The position numbers and the translations under genes are program-made. A DNA stretch of 38,279 bases from Phoronis australis (taxonomy: Eukaryota > Animalia > Phoronida), in NCBI GenBank assembly GCA_002633005.1, contig NMRA01000985.1, forward strand, positions 39,728 to 78,006, read 5' to 3'. Below, one piece after another: positions 11,831 to 24,144 of the stretch. Every line of letters begins with the position of its first letter. The first letter of the stretch is position 1. The notes under the pieces are model-generated. The model did not search any database. It was given only the letters and a program-made list of their open reading frames with translations, and was not told where the DNA came from.

Positions 11831-12308
11831 TGCACATGCACATGCACATGGGCCTAATGGGGTGGCAATACGGTAAAGCTATTTTTGTGTATAGTTCAGA
11901 CACTTTTTCAGCTCGAGATTCTCAAGCTACCATTGATAACACTTGATTGACTTCACCAGTTCTGCCTGGTCAACTGGCTAAGACATCTGATTGGTTCTTG
12001 ATATGATTACTGGCATACATACCAATCAGATGTCTTAGTTGGTTGACTCTGCACTGTACTGATGAAGTCCATCAAATCCACCCATATGCGAGTACATGGA
12101 TTAAGAATTACAATGCATGACAAAAGTATTCAGAAAAAATGACCTGGACTTTCCGATCATTATTGCTGGGGATAAATTCATTGTCAAAGTATGTTTCTGT
12201 TAGGACCAAGAATAAATGGGATTTAACAGGAAAGTTAGAATAGTGGCTAAGCCATGCTGTTTTGAATTTTGGCACTATAATAGCCATTACCTGACTATCA
12301 TTTTGATG

Positions 12309-14213
12309 TGTTGTGTATGCTAGCGCCATCTATTGTAAACGTGTTTAGCTATTCTGAGACCACCGAGGTGATTTTCCTAAAGTGAAAACAAACCGAACTT
12401 AAATCCAAGTCATTCGCCAAGGCAAATGTTAGTAGCAGTTCCATAGCTAGCTTTCGAGTGTTTAAAAGAACGCTGGGAAAATTATAAACGTCGGCTGGAC
12501 TCATGGATCAAAATTAACGTGAAGGACGAGAAAAAAGTTGATGCGATGTTGGCTGTGATAGGCCCAAAAGCAGTCAAACAGTTGGTTGCCGTATTCTCCA
12601 GACAACATCGAGGACAAAACGTACAATGAACTTTGCCAACAAATGTATGACTATGACCACATAAACAATGAGTTGGCTGCTTCTTACACATTTGACACTC
12701 ATTCACAAAACTTGGGAGAGTCAGTTGCTCATTTCATTGTAGCGCTAAAAAAGCTCAGTGTTGAGATTAACTTCGGGAGTTCCGACCAAATTAAACAACG
12801 TCGTTAAGGTGGAGGGGTGTTATGTATTTTGCCCGATAGATGTCACCATAGGTAGTAGTTCCTGACAATACAGTCTAAGAAAGAAACCACGTTGTTTATG
12901 TCTCCGTAAAATGTGGTAACAAACGTGACACTCACGAGCTTGTAAAGAGGGCAGAATAATCACACGCATTCCCCACAATATCATCTACGGTCACGTGAAA
13001 TTGCGTCGTCTGTAGTACTGCATAGTGATCACCCCAGCCATTTAGTGTGAAGTCCAAAACACTAGCTAACACCGGATCCTTACGAGTGCATTCTGCGACA
13101 TCTTTTGACATAACAAGTAAACTATCTACATAGTATTACTTAGCTGAAGTTCACTTCAGAGTCAATGTTCTCGGAGGGAACTTCAATTGGCGCACGACTT
13201 AGATACTGCGTTCGTGTTTTGTATCGATGTGCGATAACAGATGGTTTAGTCATAGTTCACAAGCAATAATGCCCCTCCTTGCAATCGTGAGTGCTGACAG
13301 TGTCGGAATACCAGTTTTTGGTCCTAGTATTTGACACCACCATATATCATCTGGCATCTAATGGACTGGCTGAAAGGGCCGTACAAACCCTAAAGGATGC
13401 TTTGAAAAGGGACATTTCGTTGTGTGACTTTGTTGACATATCGTAGTATACCACACTCCACCAGTAGCTGAACTGTTTTACAATAGACAATTGAGAACCA
13501 TACTCTCATTGCTGAAGCCCGATTTAAAAGCACATGTGAAAACCAAACAGGAACTCGCAGTAGATTATCGCAACAGTTGTGTGTCAAAATTTCGCGTTTG
13601 CGTGAAAAACACTCGTGGTGGTAACGTGAATTTTGGCCTGGAGTAATAGTACACAAGACTGGACCTGTAAATTATCTAGTGTGCATGGGACTAAACATCA
13701 GATATGTACACATAGATCACCTGATAGCCTCCAATGAGGTTGATATAGATAACTTGTTACAAGGTGACTCTTTGGATGTGCCAAATGATGTCACGACTGG
13801 AAACAAATCTGTTTTTGACCCCTTGGATTCATCAAAAGCAGTCATCACCTGCTGTTGATAATGTGCGCGTTCCGAACATTCCGAATCCGGTTGACTGCGC
13901 TCTGAGTACTACGAATCCGGTTATTCAAGCTCCTAACAAGCCTGCTCCGAACATTGTAAGTCCAAAGGTGGAATTACGTCGATCAACTAGACTGAAAACT
14001 GTACCAAACAAATTAAAGGACTCGTGTCTATAGCTAAGCTTTTGGTTAAGAAAAGTAACTTAACAGTTGTTAAGATTTCTGTTTTTAGATTAGAGACTTG
14101 ATTAAAGGATCTTGTCTATTAAGCAGAAAGGAGTATGTTGCGTACACTAGCGCCGTCTATTGTAAGCGTGTTATATTAGTTTAGTAATAAAGCTATTCTG
14201 GGACCACACGACA
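12309..14213 (+). mobile_element. Ty3/Gypsy LTR retrotransposon remnant (gag and integrase fragments; protease/RT/RNase H deleted)
   Basis: Short LTRs 12309-~12363 and 14136-14213 (TG...CA); purine tract AAGCAGAAAGGAG before the 3' LTR; 5-bp TSD TGATG at 12304-12308 and 14214-14218; gag-like ERWENYKRRL..., QNLGESVAHFIVALKKLS; integrase-like SNGLAERAVQTLKDAL, WPGVIVHKTGPVNYLV, LRRSTRLKTVPNKLKD. Confidence 0.9.
12804..13115 (+). mobile_element. Polypurine tract plus ~298-bp LTR of a second LTR family inside the Gypsy remnant
   Basis: TTAAGGTGGAGGGG is followed immediately by TGTTATGT (12818) ... ACATAACA (13115), 8-bp inverted termini; begins exactly where gag similarity stops. Confidence 0.6.
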
Positions 14214-15347
14214 TGATGTAAGCATAATTAGTCGTAATGACGGAAAAACGATATTTTGTCTCATTACTTTTGTCCCGTGTACTGATTTAGCTATAGTTGA
14301 AACATAACATACAGAATGTTATTCAAAATGGTCATTTTAAGATAATGCTGAAAATAACGTCTAAAATTGGCAAATACACAAAGCCAGAAAAACTGAACCG
14401 CAGACGTTTGAATGAAACAGGAATCTTGACAAGCATACGTCTGACTTGCGCGAGTTTTACTGTCTGAGTGCAGTATGATGGATTGTGCCTGGCATTCAAC
14501 AAAGACAATAAAAAAGAAAATGATTCTAGCCATCATTATTGCTCTGGCTCCCACTGCATTCACAAAGTACACAGCAGCTGGTGAAGTAACAACCATTTTG
14601 CAACAGGTTGATCACAATTGAACAGCTTATAAACACCAGACACGAACACTAACTTTCTCTTTAAGATGCCCGTCAGGAAAGTAAACCAAAAAATTTACTT
14701 CCCAGAAGGCAAAACTTGCTAGTGCTCGAATCGTTGAGTATTAAAAACATAAGTCAACAATCTAGCTTGAGTTTAGTTCTGTTTTGAGCGATCAGATACG
14801 GATACACCCATATGGCATGGCGCTATGAAATTTCATTTGCACAAAAGCAAACGTTACCTGCTGTTGGGCCCTCAGGCTACTACTAGTGTCATACGTTATA
14901 CAAATATGTCGAATTTTAAAAGTTTAAAACCCGTGCCATAGTATCTGTAAACAACACCAATATACCTATGAAGCATTTATTTATCAAAACAATGGTAGTC
15001 ACACTATTTATTTCTACAACAATGTTTTGCGATCAACCCTTGTACAAGTTTTGTCCTTTTAGAATTAGATAACTTTGTCAAGAAAGTGTTAGGACCCAAG
15101 GACATGTTTGGCAGCAGATAACAATTATTCAAACTCTGTTGAGCTGAAATAAAAACTGTACGCTGAGGCACAACGGTTGCGCTGAAACAAAAAACAATGT
15201 CCGACCATCAAGTGACAGTCTTGTTCCGTTTTTGAATTGTAACAGTCATTTGACTGCAAGGTGTTAATTCTGCCTTCCTCAGAGAACATTTATCTGTAGA
15301 GAACATCAGAACAGAGTTCGAGTGCGGGAACATGGTCAACTGACACT

Positions 15348-15529
15348 TCATTCATACGTGATATTTGGATGATGCTTTCTCAAATGTTCGGTCAACTTGC
15401 ACGGCCGATTGAAGCCAGTCAGACAGACTGGACAGTGATAGTTGACTATCTTCAAGTGGACTTCCTTAATGTGCTGCACTGCGTTGTATGGCGACTTGAT
15501 GACTCGGTTGCAAAGTTTACATTGGTAAC
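15348..15529 (-). CDS. C2H2 zinc-finger gene ZNF-B, last coding exon (2 C2H2 fingers, stop codon)
   Basis: ctttctttaAG|GT then YQCKLCNRVIKSPYNAVQHIKEVHLKIVNYHCPVCLTGFNRPCKLTEHLRKHHPNITYE*; phase fits the exon at 16738-16835; absent from the ORF track. Confidence 0.88.
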
Positions 15530-15600
15530 CTTAAAGAAAGCGAGATCAAACTATGAAGGGCATTTTCTATGTTTCATTCTATGTTAGTGCTAAATGAAAT

Positions 15601-16140
15601 AACAAGAGCAACGCGGAGCGTTGAAGTGCGCCCACGACAGCACTGCAAACAGTGTGCTTATATGGAGTTTTTAGTATCACAAAAATGGCCATTAGATGGC
15701 GCAGAATGCGTCGAACCCATTGGAATTGAGAAGGAGGTGCCATCTCTGTAATACACAACTATTTACCAAATTTCATAAAAATACGCCAAGGAACTCCTAG
15801 GATTTTAAGGTAAACGTAAAAATCAATTAACACTGGGGGCACAGTTATAGTCTGATTGGCCGAAAATTATAGTCATCCGTTGCCATAATCCTGCCCATCT
15901 GCAAAATTTCACAAAGATCCTTCAAAGGGTTAAAAAGATACAACCATAGATGCAAAAAACAAAATTGCCAAAAGCGGACACCAGAATAGTCAAAAACATC
16001 CGCAAATAGCGTTAGCCGGGATCTTCGCATCAGGAACACAACCGCCAATTTTCAAAATGATTTTGTAAGTGGTTTAGAAGATAGTAAGGCCGACGTCAAA
16101 AGCATAATTTTTTAAATGGCCACCAGGTAGTGCAAAAACA
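15601..16140 (-). mobile_element. Truncated Helentron-type element, same family as 5814-6902
   Basis: AACAAGAGCAACGCGGAGCGTTGAAGTGCGCCCA terminus plus diverged core repeats (GGCCATTAGATGGCGC, GGCCACCAGGTAGTGC). Confidence 0.7.
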
Positions 16141-16737
16141 TCAAATCTGTAGACTTTCTAAAACCACTCTGAGGTGGTGGCGTGTTACTATTATCAAAAT
16201 CTCTTGGTCTATTTACACTGTCATGACGTTTCGGTCGGTCTATTCTCCGAGGCAGGATTTGAACCCACGAATTCTGAAACTGCAGACAATTCGAGTCATG
16301 AGTTCAGTTGGTCGAGTCACATTAATACAACGATGAGAATCTTGTATAGCCAGATCTGTTTCAAAGCATGCTTTGCATAACTGTAGACTCAGTTTAGCTT
16401 TTAACTTGGGATTCAATTCCAATTTCCATGTAAAATCTTGTTTATACGACGTTTGTTTATGCACCAATAATGTTACATGACGCAAAAACCCAGCTTCGGA
16501 CAAACACAGCTAAAGTACAACCATTTTCAGAGGAATAAAAACGTGACTGATTTCCAAATGATTAGCGTTGTTTTCCACCCAAATTCCTTCTGCATTCCCA
16601 CCACAACCTACATACAAGTCAACTTATTTCAATTTTTCCTACACTTTTTATAACTATTGAGTCTGACTTGATTGCCATTACAGCATGTGAGCAGAGGCCA
16701 CATATACAATGCCAAACAAGGATAAATACATAAATAC

Positions 16738-16835
16738 CTGCTTCAGTTTCTACTGTGTGTGTGGACAAGAGGCCAGAAATGGATGAAGACATTGAAGATG
16801 TCCGTCTGGTGGCGCTAAGTGACTTTGCCGGGGAC
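16738..16835 (-). CDS. ZNF-B coding exon 3 (Ser-rich)
   Basis: ttccctgtgttccAG|G TCC CCG ... SPAKSLSATRRTSSMSSSISGLLSTHTVETEA G|GTattt; 98 nt, phase 2 in and phase 1 out, matching both neighbouring exons. Confidence 0.75.
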
Positions 16836-17356
16836 CTGGAACACAGGGAATAAAAATTAAATGTATTAATATCAAACAAACCTTAAAGACACAAATCATG
16901 AACTACAAAACTATTCAGTCATTTAAAGTTGTTGAATATGAGTTAGGCGAAAAAGATAGCCAAAATTCAAATTAAACCCTGTTTGCACGTGACACATCGA
17001 AACATGTCGTGATCTTTGATCTACCGACAAAAAAATCTCCAAACTTGCTTGTAATGCATTCCTTGACTGTAATTGCGGCATAACTTAATTGGGGTCACCT
17101 AAAAAGTATCGGCCTTAGCACCCACCACCTACTTTTTGTTAAATAGTTGATTTTGTCAATTAATAATAAAATGGGACTTGGTTGTTAAAAATGTTCAGAA
17201 AGAAAATTTTCAATTAAAAAATAAACCAAAAATGAAAAAATAGAGGATTCGGCAACTTTAGAGTTCAGTTACGGATCAAACCAAGAGCGTGGTCTTATTG
17301 GCAGATTAATTTCAAAAGGCTAAGCTTGACGAAAGCATTGGGTTGAGCTGAGATAC

Positions 17357-17526
17357 AAATTGAGAGACAACAAATTTTAAATTGAGAGACAACAAATTTT
17401 AAATTGAGAGACAACAAATTTTAAATTGAGAGACAACAAATTTTAAATTGAGAGACAACAAATTTTAAATTGAGAGACAACAAATTTTAAATTGAGAGAC
17501 AACAAATTTTAAATTGAGAGACAACA
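17357..17526. repeat. 22-bp minisatellite x~7.7
   Basis: AAATTGAGAGACAACAAATTTT in perfect tandem copies. Confidence 0.97.
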
Positions 17527-17911
17527 GCCACAACAATCACTTTTCGCAAAACGTGACTTACTAACAGCCAAGTTTTAACTTTTAGAGTTTCAGCACCTGC
17601 GTTAAAGTGATGGCGAACCCTATTGTTAACAAACCAATAATCACCCCAGGAGATTATGAATTGTGACCATACTGATACACATAACCATATGATAATGCTA
17701 GCAGGCTGCCATCAAGTTCCAATAATAGCCATCACCTGACTGTCATTTTGATGTAAATTAAAATAATTAGCCGTAATGACGGGAAAACAGTATTTTGTCT
17801 GATTACTTTTGTCCTGTGTAGTGATATAGCTATAGTTGAAACATAACATACAGAATGTTATTCAAAATAGTCATTTTAGGATCTTGCTGAAAATGCCATG
17901 ATCTAAAATGT

Positions 17912-19659
17912 AACAAGAGCAATGCAGAGTGTTGAAATGTGCCCACGACACATCGCAAATGGTGTGCTTTTAGGGTTATTTATTTGTATCATAAATATGG
18001 CCACTAGATGGCTCAAAAACGTACAATCCATCCAAAAGCGGGAACATGCCATATTTCATAAAAATGTGTCAAGGAATTTCAGAGAAACAAAGGGAAACAG
18101 AGAAAAAATGAAAGTGTCACTTATGTGGGCACAGCGTCAGTTGGATCCGTCGGAAATTCGTTGTCATCTGTTGTCATCTTCATTATAAATAAACTCACTA
18201 AATTAAATAAAGATCATGCAGTGGGTTTCGGAGATACAGCTATGGGCACAAAACAAAACAAAACTATCATTAGGAGGCGCCACAGTAGTCAGTCACCATC
18301 ATCAAACATCGCCTTCACACTGAGAACATATACCGGTACACCAATTTTTAAAACCATCCCTAGAATGATTTGGTTGATAGAGGGGAGACGCCAAAAACAA
18401 GACTCAAACACAGCAGAAATGGCCAACAGGTGGCACAAAATACCTTGATTCCATCCAAAAACAAGATGATAGTGCACCTCACCAATAGGTGCCTATATTT
18501 AAAACTTTATGAAAATCTGTTAAGGACCTTTGAACATACAGAGTTAAACGTAAAAAACTAAAATTGCCACTAGGGAGCACACCAGAAGTCAGATCCGTCC
18601 AAAAGTCATCGCCATTTGTTGCCAACATCATATAAATACACTTGCTAAATTAGTTAAAGATCCTGCAAACAGTTTAAGAGATACAGCCACGAGTGCAAAG
18701 AATTGTAAAACTGCCACTAGGAGAAGACACAGTAGTGAAAGTCGTCAGAAAATCATCGTCAGCCATCTACTTCATAATAAAAACATACATGTCAATTTTC
18801 CCAACTATCCCTAAAGCGGTTTGGTTGATAGATGAGTGTATGCCAAAAAACAGACTCGAAAACAGTCAAAATGGCCACTAGGTGGTGCAAACTAGGTCGA
18901 ATCCATCTGAAAACAGAGGGATAGCGCCACCTCATTAACAGATGCATGCATGCTAAATTTCATAAAAATACGTTGAGCTTTGAAGATACAGAGGTGAACG
19001 TAAAAAAATAAAAATTGCCATTAGGTGGCATACCAGAAGTCTGATCTGTCCGAAAGTCGTCATCCTTCGTTGTTAACATCATATGAATACACTTACTAAA
19101 TTTAGTAAACATCCTGCAAACGGTTTAGGAGATACAGGCATAGGCGCAAAAAAAAAACAAAACTGCCATTAGGAGGCGCCACAGTACTTCAAGTCGTCGG
19201 AAATTCATAAATCAGCCGTCCACTTCATAGTAAGAACGTACATGCCAATTTTCACAATCATTCTTTGAGCGGTTTGGTTGATAGAGGAGTGGACGCAAAA
19301 AAACTAGAGAACAGTAAAAATGGCCACTAGGTGGTGCAAACTACATCGCATCCAACCCGAAAACGGGAGGATATCGTCATCTCACTAATAGGTGCCTACA
19401 CACTGAATTTCATAAAAATCCGTTGAGGACTTTTGAAGAAACAGAGGTAAACGTAAAAAACTAAACTTGCCACTATGGGGCACACCGGTAGTCGGATCCG
19501 TCAGAAAGTTCGCTCATGCCGTCCCATCCACAGAAGGAACACGTGCAAAATTTTATGAACATACAAAATGGGGTTTGGAGACAGAGAAGCAGACGCCGGA
19601 CGAATGGACGGTGATGACGGTATAACGTGTCCACATATAAATATGTGGGCGCATAAAAA
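17912..19659 (-). mobile_element. Helentron-type non-autonomous element with expanded ~450-bp higher-order internal repeat
   Basis: Same two termini as 5814-6902 (AACAAGAGCAATGCAGAGTGTTGAAATGTGCCCA ... CCACATATAAATATGTGGGCGCATAAAAA); about 3 copies of a 3x~150-bp unit. Confidence 0.82.
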
Positions 19660-19704
19660 TGTGGAGTCTATCCTAGCATTTACCCGTGGGTAGTGGCTAC
19701 TTAC

Positions 19705-20296
19705 ATGATATGACTCGCTGGCTTACGTCCAGGTCCTGGACTTTGAAACTGCGATGACAGAGAGTGGTTCTGTGACAGTGGAAGAGGTGACGACGATTGC
19801 GATGTGACAGGAAGCTGTGTTGGGAGATAATGAGATTGACAGTTCGCTGGCTCCTGTCCCACTGATTGGTCGAATGGTGGCTCTAACTTGACACTGACTG
19901 TATTCTGGCCAAAATCACCAACAGAGTCCAATTCAACAACGTCACTGAGATTGTAAGAAATATTTGATGAAGCACTGCTGACTTGATGTTCCAGCACCTC
20001 CGTTTTGACTGACAAGTCACCATCATACATGTCAAAAGACTGACTTTCACCACTCTCCCTATTGTACTGATAGTTGGATGGCTCTGCCGACTGTAAATTA
20101 GTGACAGACTTTGTAATGGCTGAAAGACCCTTTGCCAGACCCTTACCGCGTGGCCACCTATTACTGCGATGCTTCTTAATGCCAGTCTGATTTCTATTGA
20201 ACCGGAATCCCTGTGAACCAGAAGGTCTACACGGCTTATTTTCAGCAACTGATGCATTACTAGTGGGTTGCCATGACGAAGAATTTTCATTGTCAT
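19705..20296 (-). CDS. ZNF-B coding exon 2 (low-complexity S/Q-rich linker with basic patch and psi-K-x-E motifs)
   Basis: Within ORF 19701..20333; acceptor tcttcttctgtgctgttctttgcAG|AT GAC (phase 1) and donor ATC AT|GTAAGT (phase 2); 592 nt open. Confidence 0.82.
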
Positions 20297-23200
20297 CTGC
20301 AAAGAACAGCACAGAAGAAGATGTTTCAATCAATGCAAGACAATGACAATGTTGGTCATGACTTATTAGTTGCCCTTACAAATTACACCCCACTCACTCT
20401 GATCACCTTTGTGTCTCCAATTACAAGCCCAGTACATTCTAACAAGTTCTATAAGTTCAATTTACTCGGGCATGTCTTTACCGATAGGCTTGACATGCTG
20501 CTTGGCAGGGGAAAAGCACCTTGCCTATAGGCTAGTCTTGGTGTAGCAAAGCCTGTAAACACTATTTTCATGACTTGTATTATTTTACAAAGCGAAAATA
20601 ATTATGTAACTGAATCATGGACACCAGAGTGACACATTTCGATGTCAGTTTATTGGGTTTTTCTTGGTCAGCAACTGTCTCGCCACTTAAAAATCTAGCC
20701 AAAATCAAGTGTTCTCATTTGAAATACATGGCAAATTCTCACGTAATCTCACACAAAGCAGGGATATAGCAGGTTTCAAAACCCTGCTTGCCAGCTGGGC
20801 GAGCCAGAAAATCTACTCGGCCAACCCAAAGTTCAGTCGCCCAGCCTTTTGTGTCTGTCACCACAAACTTGTTACCTTGTGTCAATAAAAGTCATTATTT
20901 CGTGCGTTGATGTCACCATCTATTAGGACTACCATATTCACCCTATTAAGAACCCAGGGTGCTTAGAAAATTCGTTTCGGAAGGAGGGTGCTTGTTGTAG
21001 CCTAAGGCGGTAAAAACCCGGTTTACGAAACGGGTGAAATCGGAAGCTAGGATTCATCAAATTTACGCACTGTGACGTATCTGCAACCTATGACAGACTT
21101 TCTACAAAACTGTGGTGCATTGCTATCAAACTTTGTTGTTGAATTACGATATTAAAAAAATGCTGAAATCCTAAGGAGAAAACTTGCCGATTGATGCATC
21201 GATGTCTCGCGATCGTTGATAGGGCAACTTGAATTCTTGAGTAAAAATACAGTTTCGACTCAACAAATTACCTGAAATCCTCAAGTTTTCTAAAAAGCGT
21301 CATTAATTTTTTTAGTTCCTGTGGAGGCGGTATTAACTGCAGATTAAGTGCAAATCTGCGCTAGATCGCACCCCGCAACACGAGAAAAATTTGGACGAAC
21401 ACACATGTTGTGAGGTGACGTTTGTTTTGAAGTTAGTTTGCAGGTGTGCACCGAGTGAGCGTGTGCATGTCATCAGAGTTCATTTGCCAGAGTAGCAGGC
21501 CTACATATATGTAGGCCCTAGCACATACTTCTTGGCCATGTGCTCATTAACACTGGTCAAGTTTCGATTAGCGGCTTTCACGTGCATGTACAAAGTAATC
21601 TGGATTCCTGTTGAGGGAGATCTGTACAGGAAAGATACAATCGGCATTTTTTCTTTCAGGGTGCAAATAAAGATTTTTTTAAGTTATGCAATCATATTGA
21701 CAGAATTCCTTCACCTTTGGCAGATATTTGTATGATGATCTTGTTTTAGCACTGGTACTTATGACATTTATGCATTTTAACGTATGAAAAAATAATAATT
21801 TATGGCCAGAGTAATCCTTGATATAGCTGAAAATTGTTAATTATGGCCAGAGTAATCCTTGATATAGCTGAAAATAGCCAGAAATCCGTTTTATTGTTTC
21901 ACTGAAACATTGCGGGTTTTTAATACACATGGCATTTAATTAAATCGCTCATTTAATTGAAATTTAATGTTTTTTCATGAACCTAACATGTATTTCTTGT
22001 TTTTCTTCAGGAAATTGCAGGGATCTGAAAAGTCAAACACAATTTTCAGGCACAATTGCAAAATGATGTCAATGTTATGCAAAACAAGTAAATCTGCATA
22101 TATGCTCCTTCTCTTACAGCCATGGCTGAAAAAGAAAAGCATTACTAGTGTTTTAAACTGTTTTTTAATGGTTGATGGTATATAGAATTTGATTTAGAAA
22201 CCACATATTTGTACCAGATGTCCTAGTGATTGGATTCCTCGACCAAATAATATAACCTTCACCTAAGAAAAACTGTGTATTCTCCGTAGCCCTGTCTGAA
22301 TTCCATTGAATTCTTCCATAAATAAAAGATATTTGATACTGCACATTGAGAATCTTGAAGCTTTTTTTGGCCCACAAAAAATATTAGACCAAGACCTGGA
22401 TTTGAATTGGTCATGAGCGAAAATGTCTCAATTCTCCGTAGCCCCTGTATTCTCCGTAGCCCCCAACTTTGAATTGTTAGTACATGGTTTGAAAATACTT
22501 GTACCTAGGTGCATGTACTGAAGAAATAGAAACAAATAAACTAACCAAGACAAAAAAATAAAAAAAAAATATTTATGGGCGGTATTTGAAGCAAGTTTAG
22601 CTAAAATTACTTTTTCAGTTTAAACTCGTTATTAATAAAAAATGAATGTTCTTTGGTCATTCAGAAGTGTTGGTATTAACAAGTAAATGAATTATATTGC
22701 ATTGCTCAAGTGTTCATCCACTTATGAAGAGGTATCTGCACATTTCGTATTCTCCGTAGCCCCCCTCCATGACCTCTCTGTTAAGTGAGATTTATGCATT
22801 CAATGTTTCCTGATGATGAAAAGTGCTTTTCTGTATTTCTTTGAGGGTAGTTGATGGAAACAGGCACCCCATTGATGGTGACGTGACTCTGATGATAGTT
22901 AAGAGCTGAGTATGTTCTAGGATAAAATTTTACTTTCCATTATCATGTTAGATTTTTGTATTTGCACAAGTGTGAAGAAAATTGAGACAGTATTATCTCC
23001 CTTTTTCTAAATACAATGTCACGTTTTCCCCGTGTGTGGGTGGGCGCAGGTTGTAACAGACCTGTGCTAATAGCTTTCGGTGTGAAGATTGACTGAAGAC
23101 TGGTTCAAGTCAATCCTTTATTAATCCCGACTGTATGTTCACAAGCCTACTCAAACAAAACGTACCACGTAATGTCTGTTTATGCTCCAGCCAGTGCTGC

Positions 23201-23379
23201 AAAACCTTGACTTGTGATGAACTTCTGAGACACGTTCAGCAACTGTTACACTCGTCTATTCAATAACCAGCTGTCTCTATAGCTGGCTTTCTATTGACTA
23301 TCGCTGTAACTGCTGATTCTGTTCACTGCAACTCAACTGTAATTCTCCTGATCAAGTTTCTTGAACTGGCTTGATCTCA

Positions 23380-23483
23380 ATTGAACTGACTTGATCTTCT
23401 CTTCAACTGACTTGATCTTCTCTTCAACTGACTTAATTTTCTCTTCAACTGACTTGATCTTATCTTGAACTGACTTGATCTGA
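23380..23483. repeat. ~21-bp tandem repeat x~5
   Basis: AACTGACTTGATCTTCTCTTC-like units. Confidence 0.85.
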
Positions 23484-23593
23484 CTAACACAAACCGTGCT
23501 TGTGTATAGCCTAATGCATTGTTCAGGAACTTTTCATCATTTCAAGCACATTCTAGAACTTTCCTGAATCTACCCAACCATTCTACAAACATG

Positions 23594-24100
23594 TATTGTA
23601 TTCGCCGTAATAACTGCCCATGCCCCTATAAGCGCCCTCCCCCCACGCATTTGCAGACTTCGCTGAAATAAGCGCCCAGTCCATGAACGTGTACATGCGA
23701 ACAATGACGTACCTACAGCTCCTAAAACTCGGCTACAGTAACGTCTTCAACTTATCAAAAAAATTTTGCACGGGTCTTCTAGACCACCAGCGGCACTGCT
23801 ACGTTGATATTTAGCTGTGATCATACACTTCAAAGTAACGCAGCGCTTCAAAAAGAACGCAACAGTGTCGCTACTCTGGTGACGACCGTGTCCCACTATG
23901 GTCTGACCTTTCAGTATAGACACATCAAATGTCTATGAATAAAAATAATTCAGTTTGAACGCACGTGGCCAGGAAGCGCGCGTTACATATATGAACCTGT
24001 CATCAAAGACATTAGTCGGGAACAATCCATTCATGAAACGTGTAGCATAGCATCAGTAAGAAATAAATATTGGCACTGATTTCCGACAATTTCTAATAAA
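23594..24100 (+). mobile_element. Tc1/mariner-like non-autonomous element fragment (family also at ~1100-2523, ~27770-28040, 36899-37120)
   Basis: GTATTCGCCGTAATAACTGCCCATGCCCCTATAAGCGCCC terminus; internal GTGTCCCACTATGGTCTGACCTTTCAG matches the reverse complement of ~27792-27818. Confidence 0.6.
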
Positions 24101-24144
24101 GGCGATATTTTTTCAAATGAGACAATATTATTTAGTCTCAAAGT

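Noticed and set aside
17357-17526. Short direct repeats as a CRISPR-like array (also 1-325, 29071-29373, 37259-37440)
   Set aside because: Head-to-tail units without unique spacers, eukaryotic context and no cas genes
20400-20552. Alternative acceptor (tttacAG at 20553-20554) as the start of ZNF-B exon 2
   Set aside because: The phase-1 frame hits TAG after ~33 codons; the acceptor at 20297-20298 has a better pyrimidine tract and gives an open frame
23052-23250. TGTAACAG...CTGTTACA as a solo LTR
   Set aside because: No TSD or PPT/PBS visible and boundaries are ambiguous
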